This document shows positions 21,563 through 31,065 of a DNA stretch of 64,000 nucleotides, piece by piece (the stretch's first letter is position 1; each line of letters opens with the position of its first letter). The stretch is from Candidatus Dojkabacteria bacterium. Its GTDB lineage: Bacteria; Patescibacteriota; Dojkabacteria; B142; WJKM01. The stretch covers positions 9,977 to 73,976 of the forward strand of contig JAYRWD010000026.1 in the NCBI GenBank assembly GCA_041918255.1, read 5' to 3'. The notes under the pieces were generated by a model. It made no database searches, had not been told where the DNA came from, and was given only the letters and a program-made list of their open reading frames with translations. Position numbers and translations under genes: made by a program.

Positions 21563-21769
21563 TTCGAGATTTTTATATTTAATATCTATAATAAAGAAGA
21601 GTTAGTAGGAGCTGTGGATATGTTGTTAAATACCCTAAATTAAAATAAAGAGGCACACTTTCGACTCGTATAACTATGTGAACAACTAAATGTAAAGTTA
21701 TTTTTAAAGAACTAATATCCTTATTTAGATAGCAAAAACAGCGAATATATTTCTGAACACAAGTATCCG
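21563..21769. promoter_or_regulatory. AT-rich dnaA-dnaN intergenic region with a DnaA-box-like site, a candidate oriC element.
   Basis: TGTGGATAT at 21613..21621 matches 8 of 9 positions of the complement of TTATCCACA, and the region has very AT-rich flanks. Confidence 0.45.
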
Positions 21770-23164
21770 TTAGACTCCCAGCGAGACGTTAAAACCCTCT
21801 CGAATTCTCATAATTTGTTCTTCAAATCCCTTATTTAATTCTAACATCCCTTTGATTTTATCAATTCCGTGCATTATGGTGGTATGATCTTTTCTTTTTA
21901 GCATTTCGGCAATTTCCTCCAGTTTGTAGCCAAAATCTTCTCGCATGATAAACATTGCTACCTGCCTAGCTAAAGCTATTTCAGCTTTTCGTGTTTGTCC
22001 GAGTATTTGGTTTTTTGGGACGTCAAATTCTTTAGAAATAATACTAATTAATTCCTTTGGTTTAATTTTGATACGTTTACTCTGAGGATCGAGACCTAAT
22101 ATATTTGCGGCTTCATCAATAGAAAGATGAGTTTGATGAATTTGATCATAAAGGGCTAATTGTTGTAGAGAGCCCTCAAGACGTCTTACGTTATCTGTGA
22201 TATGGCGAGCAATATATTCTAATAATTCATGAGGGAGGTCCATATTTAACTGTTGGGCTTTTTTCTCTACTATTGCCATTCTTGTTTCAAAGTCAGGAGC
22301 TTCTATCTGTACCACCATACCTCCCTGGAAACGAGATAAGAGACGTACTTCTAACCCTTTGATCTCTTCGGGTGGACGATCGGATACAAACACAAGCTGC
22401 TTGTTTTGATTGTGAAGTGCGTTGAAAGTATTAAATAATTCATCTTGCGTTTGTTCCCACTTATAAATCATTTGAATATCGTCAATTATTAATAGATCAA
22501 GTTGACGATATCTATTCCTAAAATCGCGGGCTTTCCCTGTTTGAATAGAAGAGACCATCTCGTTTAAAAAATTTTCGCTTGGTTTGTACAGGACCTTTTT
22601 ACCTGGATTTTTTTCTAATAATTTTATGCCAATGGCCTGTGCTAAATGTGTCTTCCCAAGCCCGGTTTTTCCATATATAAATAAAGGGTTGTAGGCCATC
22701 CCTGGTTTCTCGATCACCGCGCAACAAGACGCATGAGCAAGACGATTTGAGGGGCCAACTACAAAATTGGTGATCGAGAATTTTGGATTAATATTAGCCT
22801 CGGTAGCAATCTGTGTCTGATTGAGGTTTTCCCCTTTGTGAGTATTGAGAAGGGGTGCTCGAGCTATATCTTTTGATTCTATTTTTGGGGAGAGTTCGTT
22901 GACGAGATTTTTTGCAATTTCAAAATCAACTTCTAATTCTTCTCCAGCAACATAGGAAAGGGTTTTCTGTATAAGGTCAAGATATTTTTTTCTTAACCAA
23001 TCAGACATGTAGCTGTTCTTTACCCCAACAACAGCTCTTTTTCCTGTAATATTCATGAGCTCAGTTGGTATAAACCAAGTTTTAAAGTGAGGTGGAGAGT
23101 CAAGTTTTACTTCGATTTGGGCTAATGTTGTTTTCCAGAGAACCTGCAAATCTTGTTGCTTCAT
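21770..23164 (-). CDS. dnaA: Chromosomal replication initiator DnaA
   Basis: Walker A GKTGLGKTHL, AAA+ sensor motifs, and a C-terminal DNA-binding domain with ...HTTIMHGIDKI. Confidence 0.9.
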   Translation of the reverse strand: MKQQDLQVLWKTTLAQIEVKLDSPPHFKTWFIPTELMNITGKRAVVGVKNSYMSDWLRKKYLDLIQKTLSYVAGEELEVDFEIAKNLVNELSPKIESKDIARAPLLNTHKGENLNQTQIATEANINPKFSITNFVVGPSNRLAHASCCAVIEKPGMAYNPLFIYGKTGLGKTHLAQAIGIKLLEKNPGKKVLYKPSENFLNEMVSSIQTGKARDFRNRYRQLDLLIIDDIQMIYKWEQTQDELFNTFNALHNQNKQLVFVSDRPPEEIKGLEVRLLSRFQGGMVVQIEAPDFETRMAIVEKKAQQLNMDLPHELLEYIARHITDNVRRLEGSLQQLALYDQIHQTHLSIDEAANILGLDPQSKRIKIKPKELISIISKEFDVPKNQILGQTRKAEIALARQVAMFIMREDFGYKLEEIAEMLKRKDHTTIMHGIDKIKGMLELNKGFEEQIMRIREGFNVSLGV

Positions 23165-23244
23165 AACCTATGAGTATTAATAATTTAGGAAAATTATTCG
23201 GGCATGTTTGTTATGCGAGGAAGCATGTACTAAGATATAATATT

Positions 23245-23253
23245 TGTGGATAA
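23245..23253. promoter_or_regulatory. Perfect DnaA box (TGTGGATAA, the complement of TTATCCACA) upstream of dnaA.
   Basis: It is an exact 9-mer, lying 81 nt upstream of the dnaA start in the divergent dnaA/yidD promoter region. Confidence 0.5.
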
Positions 23254-23290
23254 CTTTCAAGTACAAAATACAGTAAATAAATCGAAACTC

Positions 23291-23566
23291 ATGCAAAAAG
23301 AAGCCAGAGGTGGATTTGTGTTACAAAAGAAAATAGTTTATGTTTTTGTCAAGTCGATTACTTTATATCAAAAAATTTTTTCTTTCGACCATAGTTTTTG
23401 GGCACGACCAGATATTGTAAGGGTGTGCCTTCATCAGCCTAGTTGTTCTGAATACGCAAGGCAGGCGTTAGATAAATACGGTTTAATAAAAGGTCTGAGG
23501 ATGAGCATTAAGAGAATAATCTCATGTGGTCCATGGACGAGAAAAGTTATTGATCCAGTCCCATAA
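23291..23566 (+). CDS. yidD: Membrane protein insertion efficiency factor YidD
   Basis: The YidD signature CLHQPSCSEYARQALDKYGLIKG...RIISCGPW...DPVP. The track ORF starts at 23246, so the true start is uncertain; I chose the ATG at 23291. Confidence 0.65.
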   Translation: MQKEARGGFVLQKKIVYVFVKSITLYQKIFSFDHSFWARPDIVRVCLHQPSCSEYARQALDKYGLIKGLRMSIKRIISCGPWTRKVIDPVP

Positions 23567-23718
23567 TTGATAATCTCAAAATATATTTGATTGAAAAAAG
23601 CAAGATTATTCGGGGAATTATTTAGAGGAGAATAGGAATTCTCTAATAAAAACACCAGGTAATTTTTTTAGCCTTGCGTTAAGCATTGATACCTACACCA
23701 CCCATAGCTAAAAAATAG

Positions 23719-24264
23719 TTATGAACGAACAGATATTATTAAGCAAACATATCCGGCATGTGGTCGTGTATCTTTAGCACGATAAATCTTTGAAGATTCT
23801 CTTAGTGAATCAACAATGAGCGAATTTGTCTTAACCTGCGGTCCTTCTCCTAAGAAAATAAAATCTCCTTTGTTGATTCCGAATTTAGAAAGAGAGCTAT
23901 CTTGCACTTCAAAGGCAATTAGAATTTTGGTTTCGGGGACAAGAGAAAAATCGATGTGTAATATACAGGCGGGCTCTTTTTGAAAAACTGTTTTGCCTTT
24001 TTCTATTTTACCCATCAGCTCAACTGCCCGAGTTATCAGTTTTGTAGTAGTTTTACAAATTTCAACACCTCGCGCTTGGTTCATCTCCTTTTTTAGAAAT
24101 CCCTTGTGTTTCAGATTTTCAACGTGTTCGTGGACCGTAGAGATGGCCTTCAATTTAAAGTGTTTTTTTATTTCTTCTAGCGAGGGGGCGTACCCATTTT
24201 TCTGTATACTGAGTTCGAGGAAATCTAAAATCTGCTTTTGACGCCTTGTAAGTGGTAGGCCCAT
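23719..24264 (-). CDS. lexA: LexA-like repressor (winged-helix N-domain plus S24 peptidase-like C-domain)
   Basis: The N-terminus GLPLTRRQKQILDFLELSIQKNGYAPSLEEI matches the LexA wHTH consensus. The C-terminal VQDSSLSKFGINKGDFIFL matches the S24 catalytic segment, and the catalytic Lys region is downstream. The track ORF adds 24 unlikely leader residues. Confidence 0.65.
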   Translation of the reverse strand: MGLPLTRRQKQILDFLELSIQKNGYAPSLEEIKKHFKLKAISTVHEHVENLKHKGFLKKEMNQARGVEICKTTTKLITRAVELMGKIEKGKTVFQKEPACILHIDFSLVPETKILIAFEVQDSSLSKFGINKGDFIFLGEGPQVKTNSLIVDSLRESSKIYRAKDTRPHAGYVCLIISVRS

Positions 24265-24365
24265 TTCGGAATATAGTATTAAAATAAAGAAACTACTGCT
24301 TTTCTTCGGTAATGAAATCTTATGGATTATAATCATCTTCTAAGTAAATATACAATAGCAAAAAA

Positions 24366-25064
24366 ATGAAAAAAAATTTGTACGACCAAGAATCATTTGG
24401 GGAGATATTTAATAAAGCAAGACTAGAACTCAAATTAAGCCTTGAGGACATTTCTCAAAAATTAAAAATACGCAGGTCAATCTTGGAAGCTATAGAAAAT
24501 GGGGAGGTACATAAAATCCTCCACGACATCTATGCCAAAGGTTTTGTCCGTAATTATGCTAAATTATTAGGGTTGAATGCGGAAAGAATGGTCCGTCTAT
24601 ATATGAGAGAGGGAGGGAGAATTAAAAGTGAAGGAATATATTCAAAGGAAAGAGTAGAAACAGAAATAGATAAAGGGAATTTGGATAAATTACAGGAGGA
24701 AGAGGTTTCAAAGTCAAAAATTATTCTAATTGCAGTAGGATGTCTGGTTATAATTATAGTTATTTTCCGATTAATCGGAGTGTTGAGCAGACCAAAATTA
24801 ATGTTGACACAACCAGCTTTTGCCTCTGCCCAGGAGATGGGAAACATTTCTTTAGATATAAGTACAGCTACAATAAATATACAGGGAGAAACTGACTTTG
24901 GAAATTATATATTTGTAAATGGAAACAGAATAGAAACTTATGGTTTGAATATTTTCTCTTTCCCGTATGAGAATATACCTATGGGTGATAGTGAAGTTAA
25001 GATACAGGCGAAAAATGAATTAAACAATTCCGCTGAAATTATTATTAAACTGCATAGACGATAA
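24366..25064 (+). CDS. RodZ-like XRE-family HTH membrane protein. It is divergent from lexA.
   Basis: The N-terminal HTH (LKLSLEDISQKLKIRRSILEAIENGE) is followed by a single TM helix (IILIAVGCLVIIIVIF) and an extracytoplasmic C-domain, which is RodZ-type topology. Confidence 0.5.
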   Translation: MKKNLYDQESFGEIFNKARLELKLSLEDISQKLKIRRSILEAIENGEVHKILHDIYAKGFVRNYAKLLGLNAERMVRLYMREGGRIKSEGIYSKERVETEIDKGNLDKLQEEEVSKSKIILIAVGCLVIIIVIFRLIGVLSRPKLMLTQPAFASAQEMGNISLDISTATINIQGETDFGNYIFVNGNRIETYGLNIFSFPYENIPMGDSEVKIQAKNELNNSAEIIIKLHRR

Positions 25065-25103
25065 TTAAGAAGAGTTGCAGATTGTAGGGAGAACAGAAAA
25101 AAC

Positions 25104-26201
25104 TCAGGAAACCTCTTTAAGATCTTGCCATAGTGAACGTTGTTTCGAATTCAGTGATGTGGGAATCTGTACGTTTATCTTCACATATTGATCGCCATTT
25201 TTATTCCCTTTGAATTGGGGACCGCCTTTCCCACTCAATTTGAAAACGGTTCCGGGCTGAGTTCCCGGGGGAACCTTCATTGCTAGATCTCCGTGGACAG
25301 TCATGACACTTATCTCTCCACCGAGGGTTGCGACGATAGGATCGATTGATTGCTGCACGTAGATATCATTTCCACGTCGTTCGAAGTATTCATGGGGAGT
25401 TATTTCAATGCTGACATTTAAATCGCCGGATTGTCCGCCATTTGATCCTGCATTTCCCCGGTTTCGAAATTTTAGTGTGACGTTATCTGGAATCCCGTGT
25501 GGAATCTTTATGGTAAATAGATCTTCCACGTCATTATTTCCTTTGCCCTTGCAAGCCTTGCAAGGCCGTTTAATAATCTCGCCAGCGCCATTACACTCTG
25601 GGCATACAGTTTGAGTTTGCATCCTGCCGATGAAGGTTTGCTGAATTTGAATTACCGTTCCTTTCCCGTGACAGCGGGAACAGGTGATTTTATCCGAAAC
25701 GGATTCGGCCCCTGACCCATTACATTCGACACAAACACCCTTTCTTTTGTATTTGATTTTACGCTCGGTACCAAATATTGCCTCGAAAAAGTCAATGGTG
25801 ATGGAAATCTGCAAGTCCTCACCCGGATAAGTTCGGGAGCGTTTATGTCGTGTTTGACCAAAACCAAAATCTCCAAATCCTCCAAAATCTTGACCAAAAA
25901 ATTGACTAAAAACATCTCCCAAATCCTCGTAACTAAAACCCCCTGCGTATCCGTTATTATTACCGAAACCCGAAAATCCCTGCGTCCCGGCATGCCCGAA
26001 TTGATCATAAGCCTTCCTTTTTTCGGGGTCGCCTAAAGTCTCATACGCCTCTTGCACCTCCTTAAACTTTGTTTCCGCATCAGGGGATGAATTTCTATCT
26101 GGATGAAATTGTTTGGCTAAAGTTCTATATGCTTTTTTTATTTCTTGGGTGGTCGCGGTTTTCGTAATCCCAAGAACTTCATAATAATCTCTTTTTTCCA
26201 T
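25104..26201 (-). CDS. dnaJ: Chaperone DnaJ
   Basis: A J domain (DYYEVLGI...HPD), a G/F-rich linker and four CxxCxGxG zinc-finger repeats. The start is placed at the Met of MEKRDYYEVLG; the track ORF starts 21 codons upstream. Confidence 0.9.
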   Translation of the reverse strand: MEKRDYYEVLGITKTATTQEIKKAYRTLAKQFHPDRNSSPDAETKFKEVQEAYETLGDPEKRKAYDQFGHAGTQGFSGFGNNNGYAGGFSYEDLGDVFSQFFGQDFGGFGDFGFGQTRHKRSRTYPGEDLQISITIDFFEAIFGTERKIKYKRKGVCVECNGSGAESVSDKITCSRCHGKGTVIQIQQTFIGRMQTQTVCPECNGAGEIIKRPCKACKGKGNNDVEDLFTIKIPHGIPDNVTLKFRNRGNAGSNGGQSGDLNVSIEITPHEYFERRGNDIYVQQSIDPIVATLGGEISVMTVHGDLAMKVPPGTQPGTVFKLSGKGGPQFKGNKNGDQYVKINVQIPTSLNSKQRSLWQDLKEVS

Positions 26202-26423
26202 TGCGGTAATATTAGGGATATGATGTATAGATTTTAGCAAACGAGTAATACCTTTGCTAGTCACAAAATTTTTAAAGGTTGCTAGTTGTATTTAGGTATG
26301 TAATATCTGCAAGGCTAGAAAGTTTTTAAGAAGGCTGAATGAAAACCAAGATGTTAAGAAATATAAGGTTTATTCGGGATAAAATATGTTAAAATGATCA
26401 CTAGCGTAAATATCAAATAGATT

Positions 26424-28007
26424 ATGAGAGCAAAGACTACAAAGAAAAAACTTCAATATCACATAGAAAGGCCACCTGTAGTTGCTGTCATGGGGCATGT
26501 TGATCATGGGAAGACATCAATTCTCGACAAGATTCGTGAAACCAATGTTCAAGCAAAGGAGGCGGGTGGAATTACTCAAAATACCCGGGCGCATTCTGTT
26601 GCATTCCAAGGGCAGAAAATAACCTTTATCGATACGCCTGGTCATGAGGCATTCTCTCAAATGAGGTCACGTGGCGCTAAGGTCACAGATATTGTTCTGC
26701 TTGTAGTGGCTGCGGATGATGGGGTTCAGCCACAAACTATCGAATCGATCCGTTTTGCCCAAGAAGCTAAATGTCCGATTATAGTGGCTATCAATAAAAT
26801 TGACCTTCCTGGTGTTGATGCGAAAAAGATTCTAAATCAACTTTCTCAATATAACGTATTAGTAGAAGCGTATGGCGGTGATGTTCAAGTATATGAGGTT
26901 AGTGCCCATAGTGGCAAAGGCATCACAGAGCTTTTGGAGGGAATATTACTTCAGGCTGAGATGATGCAAATAAAAACACATAATTCGTTATATGGAAAAG
27001 CTCAAGCGGTTGTGCTGGAATCTAGACTTGACAATAAATTGGGGCCGATAGCTCTCATTTTGGTAAAAGCTGGTATTGTGGAGGTTGGAAATTATTTAGT
27101 CAATACAGAAGAAGTATCGTGTGTGAGGGCATTATTAGACGAATTTGAGAAACCAAGCGAAACTGTCGTGGAATCTACCCCTATCTGGTTAGTGGGGGTT
27201 GAGAACATAATTCCTGTGGGTAGGGAGATATATTTTGTCGAGTCGGAGAAGGAAGGAAAGAATATTATGGATAGTTTGAGGAAAGATAGACAATCTAAAA
27301 TACTGGTAAAGGATAATGAAGAATCCGAACTTCGGCCAGAGGGCGAAGCTACAGATCTTTCTTTATTATCCGAGCTTATGGAAAATGAAGAGAGAAATAA
27401 GGAAGTAAAAAAATTAAATTTAGTAGTGAAAGCCGATGTGCAAGGAACGCTTGAGGTGATTCTAAACGAGCTTACTAAATTGAATAACGAAGAAACTGAG
27501 GTAAAGATTATTCATTCTGGAACGGGGGCTATAACAAGAAATGACGTGTTGAAAGCTAAAAATACTCGTGGGCTGGTTATAGGATTTCAGGTAGGTATTC
27601 CAACTGATTTGGAATCAATAATTCGGAACGAGCGGGTGATAGTTCGCACTTACAAAGTAATTTATGAATTGATAAATGAGATAAAAGACGCGATGGAGGG
27701 TATGCTGGAGCCGGAGGAATACGAGGAAGAGGTGGCGAGGGCTAAGGTGAAGAAGATATTCCCCCTATCCGATGGCGACCTGGTAGCTGGGTGCGTTGTC
27801 TTATCTGGCAATATGATCAAGGGTTATCAAGTATGGGTAGAGAGAGATGGCGAGGAAATTGGGAGAGGAAAAATTACATCTCTGCGCAAGGCCAAGAATG
27901 AAGTGAAGGAAGCTCAGAAGAATACCGAGTGTGGGATCTTAATTCACCCAAAGGTAGAAATTGAAGAGGGTGACGAAATAGTCCAGTTTAAGGTAATAAA
28001 AAACTAA
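26424..28007 (+). CDS. infB: Translation initiation factor IF-2 (short form lacking the N-terminal extension)
   Basis: The G-domain motifs VAVMGHVDHGKTS and DTPGHEAF, NKID, and the C-terminal beta-barrel domains. It is 527 aa. Confidence 0.9.
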   Translation: MRAKTTKKKLQYHIERPPVVAVMGHVDHGKTSILDKIRETNVQAKEAGGITQNTRAHSVAFQGQKITFIDTPGHEAFSQMRSRGAKVTDIVLLVVAADDGVQPQTIESIRFAQEAKCPIIVAINKIDLPGVDAKKILNQLSQYNVLVEAYGGDVQVYEVSAHSGKGITELLEGILLQAEMMQIKTHNSLYGKAQAVVLESRLDNKLGPIALILVKAGIVEVGNYLVNTEEVSCVRALLDEFEKPSETVVESTPIWLVGVENIIPVGREIYFVESEKEGKNIMDSLRKDRQSKILVKDNEESELRPEGEATDLSLLSELMENEERNKEVKKLNLVVKADVQGTLEVILNELTKLNNEETEVKIIHSGTGAITRNDVLKAKNTRGLVIGFQVGIPTDLESIIRNERVIVRTYKVIYELINEIKDAMEGMLEPEEYEEEVARAKVKKIFPLSDGDLVAGCVVLSGNMIKGYQVWVERDGEEIGRGKITSLRKAKNEVKEAQKNTECGILIHPKVEIEEGDEIVQFKVIKN

Positions 28008-28478
28008 TTAGGGTTTATGATATTTTCCCCCGTGCAGAATGTTAAATACCCGGTAAAGTTGTTCTAGCAGAATTATGCCCGCGATATCGTGTTGAATGGT
28101 CATGGGCGACAGTGAAAGTAAAGAATCTGCTGTGTTCAAGACCTCTTGTTCAAATCCAAAAGCGTTTCCCAGAAAAAAATTTACATCCTTTCCAGTTTCC
28201 TGCCACTCTTGTATTTTTTTCCCAAATAATGGGGTGTCAAATTGTTTTCCTTTCTCATGAAGGAGAATTGTAATGCCAGCGGGTTTGTGTTTATCAAGAA
28301 TTGTACTATTGATTTTGTGTTTCTCAATGTTTTTTATCTCTCTAATTTCGAAAGGCACGTATCTTTGAATCGCGAGAGAATAGTATTCAAATGAATCTCT
28401 AACGCTGGAATCTTTGGTTTTGCTGAAAGTAATAAGGCGAAACAAATGTTTATTTCTAAATATATTTCTATTATACAA
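28008..28478 (-). CDS. rlmH: 23S rRNA (pseudouridine1915-N3)-methyltransferase RlmH (SPOUT)
   Basis: A 156-aa product with YbeA/RlmH-family size and a C-terminal SPOUT knot region (LSLSPMTIQHDIAGIILLEQLYR). Confidence 0.75.
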   Translation of the reverse strand: MYNRNIFRNKHLFRLITFSKTKDSSVRDSFEYYSLAIQRYVPFEIREIKNIEKHKINSTILDKHKPAGITILLHEKGKQFDTPLFGKKIQEWQETGKDVNFFLGNAFGFEQEVLNTADSLLSLSPMTIQHDIAGIILLEQLYRVFNILHGGKYHKP

Positions 28479-28514
28479 ACTTTGAAGTGAATAAGGGTTA
28501 GTGATAAGCTAGAA

Positions 28515-30632
28515 GTGATTATTATTCGATCCGTTATGTTTCAAAAGAGATTGATAAAGAAAATATTAAAGGTGTGTTGTGTGCTTTTCGTATTAACAGG
28601 GTTTTTTATTGGCATGGGTCCTGTCCGCGGGGAAGGTCAAACAAGGGAATTCTGTGAGAAGGTTAGCGTGGTTGTTAGTACGGATAATGTGGATGAGGAG
28701 CAGAGTGTTATTGAAGTAGATTCAAATTTCATTCCAATTAAGCCTTATAAATTTAAGATACAAGTTAATCCGGATGCGTTTGTTGGGTGGAGTGATGCTG
28801 ATATGGAGATACGGATCGAGACAGATGCTATTTCAAGCTGGAATGACCCAGAACCAAATGATCCAAGTTTTATAATTAATACATATACAGCGAATGCTTT
28901 GTATGCAGAATTTAGTAGCAGATCAATTGAGGAGCTGGGAATGGGGCCATTTGCGTATATGTTAATGGAAAAGGGAACTAAAAAGGAATTTAAAATGAAA
29001 CGCAATAATAATGAAGAATTAGCCGATTGTGGCAAGATTATTGACGTCGTTCCATCTGATTATGTATCTAATAAGTGTAGTGATAGAAATCTTACCGCAG
29101 GTGCTTGGAAAGTTCCAGGATATTTCCAATGTAACTATAATAATGAAGGTTGGGATGTAAACACGTTTTCCACCTGTGATGCACAACAAGTTCGGCCCAC
29201 TGACGAGCTGTGTAGCGCATTGTTTAATGATAAGCTTACCGACGATAATACAGTATTCTGTTCAAAGTGTAAGACTGAAGCGGATTTACCAGGGTATGGT
29301 ACTACTCATCTTTATGGGGAATTGTGCGAACTTGGAGAGGGAAAGTGCGGGTATGATACTGGTTTAGTATGCCGAACTGTTGGATTGCAGAATTTATGTG
29401 TAAATAGTGATAAGCTTTGGGTTCGTGAAGATTGTATAGTTGGGGCAGATGAGTGTGTCGAAAAGGACAATGGGGGTTACACGGTCAAGTGTATTCAAAC
29501 GCAGCCATATACTTCTGTACCTGCTAATCCTTTGCAGCTCGCACAGATTATTGATCCGCCAGCAAGTAATAAATATTATGGAGTTGGGGTTATAGGTTCT
29601 ATGGGAGAATGTAAGTCACTGCAATATTTGGACAAAGTAGGCTGTGACACAGATCCCTACTGCCAAGGAAAAGTTGACGATGGTAATCCAGCAATAGTTG
29701 CATATAACTATGAGCTTGGAAAATGTATAAACAAAACTTATTGTGACTTTGGTTATTCATACGAAGAGTTTCCTAACGAAGAAGATGAAAACGTTCGGGG
29801 GACAGATGGACAAATTAGCATTGGATTAACCAAGGAAACCAAAGATCGGGGATATTCTGGGATTAGTGCAACATTATCTGGATTAGCCGGAAAAGAGATA
29901 AGCAAAGAGGCGGTGGGAAGTTTGAAATTTGAAAATATCCCATATGGTGAGGGTATCAAATATACTCTTAAGGTTAGTATCATTCCCGCTTCGCGGGGCG
30001 CAGGGATGATGGGCGGTTTACTTATTCATTCAAGTGCGCAAGCACCAGTAGTGTGTACCAAAACTAAGAGCATTGAGATGTTAGAAAAATTTAAAATAAT
30101 TGATCTTGAAGTCACAATAGACAAGGATGGAAAATGTACGTTAACGGTTGCCGAAGATTCTAGTTCAATTTCTCCCTCTTCATATGTTTCCAATATTGGC
30201 ATTGAAGGATGTGGTGACAGCCTAAGTTGCATCAATTGTTTAATTAGAAAAGACGCAACAAACTTCGAAAAGTTTACAAGTCTTGAAGAAGCCGTTGCCG
30301 CCAATGCAGGAGGCGAGGATAAAATTTATAGGACCAATAATATTTATACAGCGCTAGGGTGTATCGATCCCAGTGATCAGGGGATTATAGTAAGATTGTT
30401 ACAGATTTCTCTAGGTATAGTAGGAGGAATTACGGGGGCGCGTTTCGGACAGGCGGCTTACAAGTTTGGCAAAGGCGAGCCTGAGTCTACCAAGGAAGCA
30501 TGGGAAATAATCTGGTCCGCAATTTTGAGCCTTCTACTTATTGCATTCTCGGTAGTAGGTTTTCGATTTATCGGAATTAATCTATTCAAATTACTTACTC
30601 CCGGAACAGTAGAGATACCTTCTCCAAAGTAA
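28515..30632 (+). CDS. Large secreted Cys-rich protein that ends in a pilin-like (TrbC/VirB2-topology) paired-TM hairpin.
   Basis: A 705-aa product. An N-terminal signal anchor is followed by about 560 aa with more than 40 Cys, and the C-terminus is IVRLLQISLGIVGGITGARFGQAAY-[loop]-WEIIWSAILSLLLIAFSVVGFRFIGINLF. This has the same topology as the five genes that follow. Confidence 0.6.
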   Translation: MIIIRSVMFQKRLIKKILKVCCVLFVLTGFFIGMGPVRGEGQTREFCEKVSVVVSTDNVDEEQSVIEVDSNFIPIKPYKFKIQVNPDAFVGWSDADMEIRIETDAISSWNDPEPNDPSFIINTYTANALYAEFSSRSIEELGMGPFAYMLMEKGTKKEFKMKRNNNEELADCGKIIDVVPSDYVSNKCSDRNLTAGAWKVPGYFQCNYNNEGWDVNTFSTCDAQQVRPTDELCSALFNDKLTDDNTVFCSKCKTEADLPGYGTTHLYGELCELGEGKCGYDTGLVCRTVGLQNLCVNSDKLWVREDCIVGADECVEKDNGGYTVKCIQTQPYTSVPANPLQLAQIIDPPASNKYYGVGVIGSMGECKSLQYLDKVGCDTDPYCQGKVDDGNPAIVAYNYELGKCINKTYCDFGYSYEEFPNEEDENVRGTDGQISIGLTKETKDRGYSGISATLSGLAGKEISKEAVGSLKFENIPYGEGIKYTLKVSIIPASRGAGMMGGLLIHSSAQAPVVCTKTKSIEMLEKFKIIDLEVTIDKDGKCTLTVAEDSSSISPSSYVSNIGIEGCGDSLSCINCLIRKDATNFEKFTSLEEAVAANAGGEDKIYRTNNIYTALGCIDPSDQGIIVRLLQISLGIVGGITGARFGQAAYKFGKGEPESTKEAWEIIWSAILSLLLIAFSVVGFRFIGINLFKLLTPGTVEIPSPK

Positions 30633-30688
30633 CTGAGCAAAAGAAGGTAAAACAAGGTAAAATATTCATATAAAATATTAGAACTAGA

Positions 30689-31063
30689 GTGATGAGAGTG
30701 GTGCGGACCATAAAATCAAAACTTCTTGCGACAGCTGTTTTCGTCAGCACTTTTTCAATATTTGCTTTGAGGGTCGTACACGCCGTAGCTATTCCAGACC
30801 CAATAGGAAAAGATTTTCTAACCATCTTCAACGATGTCACCGGTCTCATTAAACCAATAACTGTACTTACCTTCCTAGCGACCTTTTTTTATGGTGGATA
30901 TACATGGATGACAGCAGGGGATAGCGAAGATGCGGTAAAAAAGGCCGGGAAAATTCTCACCACGTCAATTATCGGACTGATAATTATATTCCTAGCCCCA
31001 TCCTTAGCCGAACTTGTTGCAAGTTTGCTTGGAGTGAGGCAAATTATTGAATTTCCTAATTAA
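30689..31063 (+). CDS. TrbC/VirB2-like pilin-topology protein (signal peptide plus two TM helices), minimal version.
   Basis: A 124-aa product. It has a roughly 34-aa signal peptide ending AVA, helix 1 ITVLTFLATFFYGGYTWM, a short charged loop, and helix 2 ILTTSIIGLIIIFLAPSLAELVASLL. Confidence 0.6.
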   Translation: MMRVVRTIKSKLLATAVFVSTFSIFALRVVHAVAIPDPIGKDFLTIFNDVTGLIKPITVLTFLATFFYGGYTWMTAGDSEDAVKKAGKILTTSIIGLIIIFLAPSLAELVASLLGVRQIIEFPN

Positions 31064-31065
31064 CG

